A DNA stretch of 64,000 nt from NCBI RefSeq assembly GCF_030684315.1, contig NC_081381.1, positions 32,656,784-32,720,783 on the forward strand, given 5' to 3'. Source of the DNA: Stegostoma tigrinum (Eukaryota). Positions 26,728 through 38,000 of this stretch are shown here, one piece after another (the first letter of the stretch is position 1; each line of letters opens with the position of its first letter). Under the pieces are notes generated by a model. It had not been told where the DNA came from, searched no databases, and saw nothing but the letters and a program-made list of their open reading frames with translations. The position numbers were made by a program, and so were the translations under genes.

Positions 26728-27976
26728 TATCCCTAATCAGTCCTTGGCTTTCCAAATGCACGTAAATCCTACTCCCCAGAATCCTCTCCAACAACTTACC
26801 CGCCATTGACATCAAACTCACCAGTTTCTTAGTTTTTCTTTACCACCTTTCTTAAATAATGGCAACACATTAGCCACCGTCTAGTCTTCTGCCTCCTCGC
26901 CCACTGCTATTGATGATACAAATATCTCAGCAAGAGGTCCAGCAAATTCTTCCCTAGTTTTCCACAAATTTCTGGAAAACACCTGATCAGGAGTCCCAGG
27001 GATTTATCTACCTTTATGCGTTTTGAGACATCCAGCCCCTCTTCAGTAATGTGAACTCTTTTTGAGATATCACTATTTATTTCGCCAAGTTTCCTAACTT
27101 TCAAAACCTTCTCCTGTGGTTTGACATGTAGGCAGTCACACTGATCTCTAAGAGACCCCATTCTCTCCCTAGTTACACTTTTGCCCTTAATGTATTTACA
27201 GAACATCTTTGGATTCTCCTTAACTCTATTTGTCGAAACTATCTTTCAAAACGTCCTCTTTTTGCCCTCTTGATTTCCCTCTTAAGTATAGTCCTACTCC
27301 CATAATACTCCTCTAGGGACTCATTTGATCCCAGCTGTCTATACCTGACATACGTCTCTTTTATTTTCTTGATCAGAGCCTCAATTTCACTAGTCATTCA
27401 ACGTTTCCTACACCTACCAGCCTTGCCCTTCGCATTAACAGGAACATTCTATCTCTGAACTCTCGTTATCTCATTAATGAAGGTCTCCCACTTTCCAACT
27501 GTGTCTTTACCTGCTAAGAGCCTCCTCCAATCAACTTTTGAGGTTCCAGGCTGATACCGTCAGAATTGGCCTCAGTCCAGTTTAGAACCATAACATTTAG
27601 ATCAGGTCCATCCTTTCTCATAGCTATTTTAAAACTAATAGAATTATGATCACTTGCTCAAACGCGCTGGCCGACTGACACTAAAGTCACTCGCTCTGCT
27701 TTACTTCCCAAAAGATGGTTAAGTTTTGTTCCTTCTGAGGAAGGAGGAAAATAACCAGAATTCTGATTTATGATTATTTGCTAGCAACCTGTTCAAGTAC
27801 AAATATTGGGGTCAGGACTGGATTGGATACGAGTGGTCTTGAAAGTTCAAACAGCCTCCCAACACTCAACATCTACATCGGCAACCTGGCCACTGGGGAA
27901 TTCCGGAATCTTTTGAGACTTAGTGAGCTGGGCACCGTCTGGTGAGATGGAGGGAAAGCTATATTTTAATCGTTAC

Positions 27977-27994
27977 CTCGCCATTGCTCTCCAT
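27977..27994 (-). CDS. CCDC30: Probable CCDC30 first coding exon (MESNGE)
   Basis: GAGATGG Kozak context and GAG|GTAACG donor in phase 0, matching the 7933 exon. It is preceded by a ttttattttgcag acceptor (exon start 28002) and lies next to the CpG-containing promoter. Confidence 0.6.
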
Positions 27995-28163
27995 CTCCCA
28001 CCCTGCAAAATAAAATACTCAGCAGTCTCCTCCTCCTCCTCTCAGACCGTGACTCGAACTCATTGCACACTTGTCCTTTCTGCTGCTGTCCCTCGGATGG
28101 AGGATGTACCGAGTTCCCGCTGGGCCGCCGAACCAGTTTCTTTTACCAAGATTTCTGAAGCCC

Positions 28164-28292
28164 TGTTCTGAAGAAAGGTCATTGGACCCGAAACGTTAAC
28201 TCTGATTTCTTTCCAAAGATGCTGCCAGACCTGCGGAGCTTTTCCAGCAATTCTTGTCTTTGTTTCAGATTTCCAGCATCCTCGGTTCTTCT
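28164..28292 (+). mobile_element. Penelope-type terminal element with hammerhead core in the CCDC30 5' region
   Basis: 12-bp TSD tttctgaagccc (28152-28163 / 28293-28304); gtt-CTGAAGA-aaGGTCattgGACCc-GAAAC-GTT-aac. Confidence 0.8.
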
Positions 28293-28399
28293 TTTCTGAA
28301 GCCCAAGCGCAGGCTGCAGAGTTTGAGGAGCAAAAATCTGTAGCATGTGTGCGAGCAGTTTAACAATACAGCTTCCGAGCGAAATAAGGAAGGGAATTC

Positions 28400-29006
28400 C
28401 CCTTCTGGAATGCAGTGCTAATGTATGCAATGCAATCCCCACCTCTATATCTGTACGGATATAATCTGCTCATTGTGTACAAAACAACAACAACCGAGCC
28501 TCAGCGGCTCCCTCTGTTACCAGGCAGCCAATATATCCCACTCAGGCGTCCAGGGGAAAACTACACTTGACTATCCCACTGTAATTGAAACAAACTCACA
28601 AATACACAATAATAACACTAATATATTAATTTGATTTACTAAGAACGAATTTTACTTCGAATATTAAAGTAAATACGTAACACTTTGTGAAATAAGATGT
28701 TATTGAAGAAACTTTCCCCCTCCAATTGCAATGGAATAGTCCACCGCATACCGGAAATTGTCCGGTGAGGGAAAGGTTCCGGGTAAGGGGAATATAACTA
28801 ACCAAAATACTGAGGACGTTCTAAATCTGGAAATGAAAGCAGACCACAGAGGGAACAGTCGGTATGTAAAATAGTATCCGAGCAAAACTAAATCTCTATT
28901 CGATTAATTTGGCCCTTCCAGACACTCGCGCAAAGGGGGAACTGTTACATTTCACCGTAGTTGTGTCCGGAACATTAAAGGGTAGGGCTAGTTGCTGTCG
29001 GGGACC
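28400..29006. promoter_or_regulatory. Probable bidirectional promoter for CCDC30(-) and UTP3(+)
   Basis: Start codons are about 1 kb apart and divergent, with CpG locally retained. ETS-like CCGGAA at 28751 and 28967; X-box-like GTTACCAGGCAGC at 28516-28528. Confidence 0.6.
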
Positions 29007-29020
29007 ATGAGGAATCGCCG
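29007..29020 (+). CDS. UTP3: UTP3 coding exon 1 (MRNR, phase 2)
   Basis: GGACCATGA start context and CG|GTGAGA donor; the phase matches exon 2. Very short, so less certain. Confidence 0.7.
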
Positions 29021-32000
29021 GTGAGAAAGTAGCTGCTGATGGTGGGAGGATAATTCAATGGTGGGGGTTGTCGGAGAGGGAACGAAGCAAGGTCGGGAGC
29101 AGGGTAGAAAATCTTTGGGGAGGGGAGGGAGTTTGAGTTCCTCACTTCCCCTGGTCTGATATTCGATCCGAGTTGCTCTGGGAGTTGTTGCTGTACTCCC
29201 CTGTAAATTATGGAGAACGTTCTCCTTTTTTTTTCCTCAGAATCTGGGCACACATCCATCTAGCTTAGATTTAATTTTAAAAATGGCGAAAGTACTGCGG
29301 GTGCTGGAAATCAGAAACAAAAGCAGAAAGTGTTGGAAAAACTCAGCAGTTCCGGTAGCAAATGTGGAGAGAAATCATACAAAAGCCACGCGACACCAGG
29401 TTACAGTCCAGCAGGTTTATTTTACTTCACAGTCGAAGCGCCGCTCCTTCATCAAGACTTCACTTAAGGAAAGAACAGCACTTAGAAAGCTTGTGATTTT
29501 AAATAAACCCGTTGGACTACAACCCCAGAAGGGTTCCGACCTGAAACGTCAGCCTTCCTGCTCCTCTGATGCTGCTTGGCCTGCTGTGTTCATCCAGCTC
29601 TACACCTTGTTGTCTCAGATTCTCCAGCATCGGCTTTCCTTACTATCTCTGTAGCTGGGAAAGTGTTGGTTTTTATGCAGAAGGTAGGATGTTGAAGGGT
29701 GTAAGGAAATAATAGGTGGAGATAGAGCCTAAAGAGAGAGAAGAACAGTTGGACAAAGGATAAATAGCAACAAACGGAGCCTATTAGTAGCCAACAATGA
29801 CTTGCTGAACTTTTCCTGGCAATTTCTGTTTTTGTAGCTTAGATTGAATGTCCTCTGTCTACCAATTATGAGTTTTTGGTGGTCAACCTTGTTTCCAATG
29901 TATAGGGCCCTCAACACAAACTTTCTCACCTGATACAAAGACTAGATAAGGCTTTATTTGTTACACACCTGGTTTCTTACAGCTTACTCTGTAAATAATC
30001 GGCAAAACATCACAAAGCTATATAAAACTGAAGAATCTAAATCGGACAGTGTTTTAAATGGATGGGGGGGGGGTGCAGTTTATCCAGTAGTGTGTATTCA
30101 TGAATCTAATTAGAATACAACTTTGCAAGTAGCAGTTTTGACAGCATTTGTAGAGATAAGAACAATTAACATGTGGGGTCTTATTTTCAAATTGTTTACT
30201 TTACAGCAGGTCCAGTAGGCAGAAGCCCAAGCAACAGGTGGATGATGATAGTGATGACCCTAAAACATACAGCGATTTACCAAATCCAGATATTGTGAGT
30301 ATTAACAGGTTGAGCCCATTTCCTAATTGCCTTGTGGAGGCCATATGTTTTAGTAAGTCAAATTGATGTACAGTCCTACATTGTAACAAAAGCATCATGA
30401 CTATCATTGCTATGTATATGAAATTTCATAAAGTACTTGACTACCACATAACAGATATATTAGCAAAATTAAAGTATGTGGGATTAAAGTGTCAGTTAGT
30501 GTGGGTGCAAAATTGGTTAAGGGATAGAAGGCAGAGAATAGCGATGAAAATATCTACTGCCTATTCCCTCATCCTAAATTGCCTGACTACCTTGTTTCAG
30601 TTCATTTTCTACTGTAATACTCCTTTAATGTCATTGTTATTTTTGCCATGATTATTTTGCCACGGTTATGTTGACCTCCTATGTTTGGTTTTCTAAACAC
30701 AAAGCATTGAAAATTGCTGTTTATGTCCTAACTCGAACTAAGCCTCCTTCATCCATCATCTGTGTGCATGTAGTCTTACATTGGCTCCTGATCAAGCAAT
30801 GCTACAATTTTAAAATTCTCATTCTTGTATTCAAATTCTTCCATCGCCTTCCTCCTCCCTATTTCTGTAATCTTCTTCAGTCCTTCAAACTTCAAATATC
30901 TGCATTCCTCCAATTCTGACCTAATCAGCAGCCCTGATTTTAATCCCTCTAAGATAGGGTGCTTTCAGCTACCCATGCTGCGAGCTGTGGAGTTTTCCTC
31001 CTAAACTCCTCTGCCAGTCGATCCTATTTTCCTATTTGTCAGGTACGCTATAAAATCTACTTCTTTGTGTACATCTAGTTTTCATCCCCTATTGTGTAAT
31101 TCATTGTCAGCCTCCCTCGTCACACTTGTTTGAAATACCTTTTGATACTTTACTGCATTAATGGTGCTATATAAGTGCAGTTTAGAATACGGTGGTGCTC
31201 CCCAGGCGTTGACTATTTTTAATATATACTCATGACTGTGGCCCAACAAGTCCACACCAGCCCTCAGAGCAATCCACCCAGACCCATCCCCCTAATCTAC
31301 ACATCCCTGAACGCTATGGGCAATTTAACATGGCCAATCCACTTAGCCTGCACATCTTTGGACTGAGAGGAAACCCACGCAGACACGGGGAGAGTGCTAG
31401 ACAATAGACAATAGGTGCTGGAGTAGGCCCTTCGAGCCAGCACCACCATTCGTTATGATCATGGCTGATCATCCACAATCAGTATCCTGTTCCTGCCTTA
31501 TCCCCATAACCCTTGATTCCTCAATTTTGATGTTTGCAAATGAGTCAAAACTATAAAAAAGTCAACAAATTTTCCGACTCCAAAGACTTGAATTAGTAAA
31601 GTGAAAAGCAAGGAATTTATGCTAAACCCATTTATAAGACACTGGTAATGAACAGATAGCTGGAAGTAGGTTGTTAACCTAGCCATAAATATCTGTTTGG
31701 GTAATGTGGGACAAAATTGCTTGCAGTTGTGTGACAACTTAGTGTAGAAATTTCTGGTTTCACGTAAAGGAGTGCTTTAACCATTACTAAACTTAAAATA
31801 GTCTTTCTGAGTTAGCAACAGTTTCCAAACTGCAGTGGGACAAATCACTGGTGTTCGTGATTTGAAGAGGCAAGCTTTTCCATGCTAAGTACTAACATTT
31901 ATGTAGCATGCTTAAAGTTGTAAAGATGTCCCAAGATCCTTCACAGGCATGTTATCAGACAGCATTTGATTTTGAGTAATGGGGGGAAATATTAGGGCCA

Positions 32001-35000
32001 ATGACACAAACTTTGGTAATAAAGTTGGCTGTTAAGAAACAAGTTAAAGCAGGATAGATTTTGGAAGGAAATTCCAGAGCTTTGGCTGATGAATGATGAA
32101 GTGAGTACTGTGAAGTATATGCAACATCCCAGAACTGAACATCTTCAAAGCCTCCCTGCTCTCCTTTGAAGTTGCTGCTGATTTGTCAGAACTAGCAATT
32201 ATTTTAATTGACCTGTTCAGATCTGTCACATCTGCAAGGAAGGTGGGACTGGAATCTTGACCTTCTGGCATAGTGGAAGGGACAGAATCACTGTGCCACA
32301 ACACCCTTACGTTGGCACAAACAACTGGTGTCAGTGATCAAATTGCAATTGTTGCACCTATGGTCCATAAATTGCAACTTGCCCAAAATGCAGCTGCCTG
32401 TGCCCTGTGATGGATAACACTCAACTTGTTTATTACATCCACTGTGATTACAGCTGCCTGTTCCTTTCATCACATGGCTCTTCCAGCATGTTCAATTGAA
32501 ACCATAGTTAAGTGCATGTAGAACCTCACTCCATCCCTGCATCCTCTGTGCAAACTCCACCAGCCATAAATCACCTGCAATATTCAGCTCTGTGTCTGAC
32601 ATTTTTTTGGAACTCTCTTCATTAACAGCAGTGATGATGCTTTCAGTCACCTCTGTCCTACGTTGCTCTATTTTTGCTCTGTTTTAAGAGTATTTCAGTA
32701 GTGTAATGAACTCTGTCTCCATGGATGATTGAGATTTAGTTGGTCATAAAACACATCTACATGTGTATCACAAGCTGTCATCTCTCTAAATTTTTATTAA
32801 AAAGAAATGTATTTCTGGGAAAAAGACAAACTTCTCTTCAATAACCCTCTGGAAACTGGGAAGACAGAAGATACGTTAATGACCTGAAAAAGTTAAATAT
32901 TTAATAAGATTCCCATGTGTCTGGTCATATATGTATTGTTGCAACAATGTTTCAAATTATCAGCCACCTTTGAATTTGCCATGGTCAATATTGTGGCTGA
33001 TAATTTGGAAGCTAATTGGCTGCTGGGTTTAGGACAGGTTGGGTTTGACATATGCCATTGTGGCAATGAAGTGGGACGTGGGCCTGTAATACTACTTTCA
33101 CAATAAAGTACTTTCCTATTCTTGTCCCCTTGCAGAATTCTTCAGAATATTTTAATGATGACGTGGATGAATTTCATCAGAAGAAGCTCCAGGTGAGTTT
33201 GAGACACCACAAATGTAGCTGAGAAGTCAGCGAAATTTGTTTTGATCTAACATATGTGTAACTGAGCAATCTCACATGGTATTTCATGTGGGCAGTTGAG
33301 GCAAATGTAATCTACAGGTGAAGCTTGGTTAGAAGGCAAAGAAAAAAAGATTAAAGTTCTGTTGTAACTTACTAAGTAGCAAAAATTAGGGGAATTTTGA
33401 AAACAGTTGAGATAAATGAATTTCTCTACAGAACAGGCTGGTGATCTTGCAACTGCAAAACCAAGTTACTGCAGTGCAACAATAGGGGGAGGGCTGCTGC
33501 TAAAATATAAGAAGAACCTATTGGCAGTTACAGTTATGATTGTGGATATTTGTAATCTGGTTGAAGTGTGTGACTGAAATGTAACATCGAGGTATGGCTT
33601 GGAAGATATTTCAGCTTGCTGCACCATTCAATAAGAATACTGTTGTTTTGTTCTATAAAAATTTGGCTAGAGTACATTCACTTCCTTACTCCAAGTCTTT
33701 ACTGCATATAGTGGTCCCAGCAATGATCCCTGTGGAACCCCACTGGTTATAGGCCAGCAACCTGAGAAACAGCCCCTATTTCCCACTCACTGTTTCTTGC
33801 CCATTAACCAATACTGTCTGTGCCAATACATTGCCTTCATCACCTTGGGCCCTGATGATTGAATCTTTTGCAAAGTAGTTTGTCGAATGCCTTCTAGAAG
33901 TCCAAATACAACACATTTATTGGTTCCCTTCTATCCATTTTGGTTGAGACTGGCTTGAAAATCTCTAATAAATTAGTTAGGCACAATTTCCCTTTCATGA
34001 CACCATGCTGATTCTGCTTCATTAGATTATGATTTTCCAAAAGTTCTTACATTACCATAGAAGAATCACAGAATCCCTACAGTGTGGAAACAGGCTCTTC
34101 AGCCCAACAAGTCCTCACTGACCCACAGAACATCTCACCCAGACCCATCCCCCTATTAACCCACCTAATCTAAACATCCCTGAACACTTCGGGCAATTTA
34201 GCATGGCCAATTCACCCAGCCTGCACATCTTTGGACTGTGGGAGGAAACCGGAACACCCAGAGGAAACCCACGTAGACATGGGGAGAATGTGCAAACTCC
34301 ACACAGACAGTCACCCAAGGGTGGAATTGAACCTGGTTCCCTGGTGCTGTGAGGCTGCAGTGCTAACCACTGAGCCCCCGTGTTACTTCCTTAATAATTG
34401 ATTTTAATGCTTTTGCAACAATACATTTTAGGCTAAGTGGCTTATGCTTATCTGCTTTTTGCCTCCCTTGTTGAACAGAGGTGTCACGTTAGCAGTTTTC
34501 CAATCCTTGGTCCTTCTCCCAAATCCATGAATTTTTCTTGAAAAATTATTAACAATGCAACTATCCCTTTTGGAATGCTAGGATATAGGCCTCCAGGGCC
34601 CTATCTGGCCTTTAGCTCCCGATGTTTGTCTCATCACATCTCTAGTGATAGGAATGGTATTTAATTCCCCCCACGTATTCTTTAACATTAATGGAATGTT
34701 CGGAGTTTCAAAATTAAGTAATGAATCTTTACCACCTCGTGTGTACTCTTGGTTGACTGAAAGACTTTGAAGAACATAGAACAGTACAGCAGACACATTG
34801 TGTCTGTGCTGACCACGATGCCATTCTAAACTAATCCTAGCTGTCTGAACATAGTCCATATCCCTCCATTCTCTGCTTGAGCATGTGCCTGTCTAAATGT
34901 CTCTTTAAACATTGCTGTTGACTCTGCTTCTGGCACCTACCACCCTCTGCATTTTTAAAACAAAACTTTCCTTGCACATCTCCTTTAAACTTTGTCCATT

Positions 35001-38000
35001 TCACGTTAAACCTATAGCCCCTAGTATTTGATATTTCCACCCTGGGGAGATAAGATTCCCAACTCTCCATCCTATCCCTGCTTCTTATAATTTTCTGTCC
35101 TTCTATCAGCTCACCCCTTGACCTCCGAAGGTCTAGTGAAAACAATCCAAGTTTGTTCAAGCTCTCCTTATAACTAATATATTTCAGTCCACACTATTCT
35201 GGTAAACCTCTTTTGTACAATCTCCAAGACCTCCACATCCTTCCTACAGACTGATGACAGAACTACGCACAATACTCCAAAGGAAAGGCACTTTATAGAA
35301 GGTAATCTATTAAAAATATGTAACCCCACTTACCAAATTGAGCTGAAGCAAAAGAACAATAGCATGTTGATGCCTTCCCATTGCAGAACTGTGAAACTTA
35401 AATCATCTTTATTGAGGATGCTGATAGTGTCATTTTGTGTAACAGAAGCTGCTGGCTGATGGAGTCATTCTGGAAGATGCAAATGAAGACTCAATGGATG
35501 AGGTTGGTGTGATCATCTCTACAGCTCTGACACTGAATCCTGTGAAAAATACCTGACTTTTCAGAAAATCTTTGTTTCTAAATCCACTGGTGAAAAATAA
35601 CTTACAGAAATGTCTTAATAGTCTGTTTATCCAGAAAGATTTGTGTTCTTTGCCATGCACTGGGAACATGGATATATGTAAATCAAAAATGCTGATCAAC
35701 AGGAGTGTTGTCTTTGGCAATCATCTGCTACCAGATCACCTTTGAGTTCTTTTGATTGTTCGTAGACCTAGGGGCATGTGCTATTTGCAGTCAAAAGCAT
35801 TGTTGAATGAGTACTGCAACAGCAAGTGATCCTCTATAAAGAACATTAGTAACTTTTGGCTTTGCTATTATAAAGTTCTGGCCACCTGCAGGTAGTCTGG
35901 TTGTCATAAGCATTGTGATGTCAATTATCACTGGTATAGCTTCCAGTTGCTGAAATGCACCTGATCATGAATGGTTGATGAAGGGAGAAATATTAGATTC
36001 TGCTTGTCCAACATTTCTGCTTCTTTCAGCCAGATAAGGTGCATTTTACTGCATTATTCAGTATTTTACCAACTGAGCCATAGTAGAAATGGAAGGTGGA
36101 CATGCTCGTACAGGGCAATTCTGAGTTGCTTCTGTCCATGTTCAGAGATAATGTGAATTGCAGATACTGGAGAATCCAAGATAACAAAGTGTGAAGCTGG
36201 ATGAACACAGCAAGCCAAGCAGCATCTCGGGAGCACAGAGCTTTTTTCTGAGTTGCTGATGTTAAAAGTAACTTGCTGAAACCACCTTGATTACCTGAGT
36301 TAGTACTGCTGCCACTTGTCAAGGTTGCCTAAATCCTGCAAGAATGTCAATTGCCTCAGCAGACAAGTACTTATACTTTCCCTTTCCTCTCTTCTGTCTC
36401 TGTATTTTTAATGATTCGCTTCCACATTTGCCTTTTGTATGTTTCAGCCTTGTTGGGCATCTTTTAGAATTTGCCTGTTCACTAGGTGTGAACTAAAGGG
36501 TAACTGTTCCTGGGTTCTTGTATTGATTTGCTACTGTTTCTGGAGAATGATGCCTCCATCATCATTTCCCTTTGGTTATTATGTGACATATACCTATTAA
36601 GGCAGAAATTAATAAAGTAGCCAGTTAAATGTTTTTCCTTTGTGTGTCAACAGGAAGAGGTGATGCCGTTGGAGATACCTGACTCGGAGGAGGATGAGGA
36701 AGATGAGGAGGACGAGGATGATGAGGAAGATGTTGACATGGATAGTGACCTTGAGGGCAGATCAGAAGCTGGTAAGCTGAGTGCTAAAATGTGATAATGG
36801 GAACTGCAGATGCTGGAGAATCCAAGATAACAAAGTGTGGAGCTGCATGAACACAGCAGGCCAACCAGCATCTCAGGAGCACAAAAGCTGACGTTTCGGG
36901 ATGAAGGGTCTAGGCCCGAAACATCAGCTTTTGTGCTCCTGAGATGCTGCTTGGCCTGCTGTGTTCATCCAGCTCCACACTTTGTTATCTTAGTGCTACA
37001 ATGTGTCAGATTTTACATAATGTACTGAGTTTCAGCAAAACTTACCAATCACTGTTCACCTGTCCATGCTGAAATCCCTTTTGGATGGGTTCAACTTGAA
37101 TGAGGAGAAATCCTGTGTGATTGCAGGGAGGGATTAGGTGAATTTCCCGTAGCACCACAATATTCAGGGATAAGGTATGTCTTTTGCTTCCCCATCAGCA
37201 ACCGCACGACTAGCATTTATTGATGTTAAAGCTGACTCAGACAGCAGGAACTGCCAATGCTGGAGAATCTGAGATAGCAAGGTGTAGAACTGGATATACA
37301 CAGCAGGCCAAACAGCATCAGAGGGGTCTTTTTTGAAGAAGTGTCTTGACCCAAAATGTCAGCTTTCCTGCTCCTTTGATGCTGCTTGGCCTGCTATGTT
37401 CATCCAGCTCTACACCTTGTTATCTTAGCTTTTATTGGGCTTGGTAAGCAAGTCCTGTAGCGACCTCTGGTGGGAACTGCATTCTACAGTACAAGAAATA
37501 AAGGGAACTGATACAGTCATCCACCTAACATAGGTGCCAGTAACAAATTTTTACCCATCTCTGCCCTAAATGTTTTATCCCATTTTTTTAGATTGTGAAC
37601 TCTGGTGCTGGATTCCCTTATGATCAAGAACATCCCTCCAGTATCCCTCCTGTCTAGTCCTGTTAGAATTTTATGTCAGTCCTGCCATCCCAAGAATCAA
37701 TCAGGTAAACCTTTACTGCCCTCCCTATATTGCAAGAATGTCCTTCCTCAGGTCAGGAAACTTTGCATATTATTGCATTCTCATCAATGCCCTGTACAGA
37801 TAAAGTGGGACAGACCTGCTGTTGTACTCAAACCCTCTCGATATGAAGGCCAAAATATCATTTGCCACCTTTACTGCCTGCTGCACCTTGCTTACCTTCA
37901 GTGACTGATGTACCAGGACACCCAGGCTTGTTGCACATTTTCCTCTTTCAATTTATTACCATTCGCATAACATCTGCCTTCCTGTTTTTGCTGTCAGTGT

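Larger units (their letters stand above)
25160..27720 (-). mobile_element. CR1 LINE fragment with three nested Penelope-type inserts
   Basis: ORFs contain QGLVLGPLFF, KFADDAK, FFEEVTKKIDEG and KVPHGRL; inserts at about 25281-25587, 25954-26066 and 26609-26727. Confidence 0.9.

Noticed and set aside
29283-29654. 123-aa ORF with a good ATG context as a candidate UTP3 start
   Set aside because: It lies wholly within nested Penelope-type repeats and has no UTP3 similarity.
34310-34383. tRNA-like sequence (also 15840-15895 and 59243-59310)
   Set aside because: These are SINE heads continuing into SINE bodies, not tRNA genes.
35910-35958. gcatt-GTGATGT...CTGA-aatgc C/D-like motif with terminal stem (similar at about 40083-40124)
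   Set aside because: Too short for a vertebrate snoRNA, with imperfect C boxes; expected by chance in AT-rich introns.
36647-36871. Poly-Ser ORF on the minus strand
   Set aside because: It is the antisense of the acidic UTP3 exon 5.
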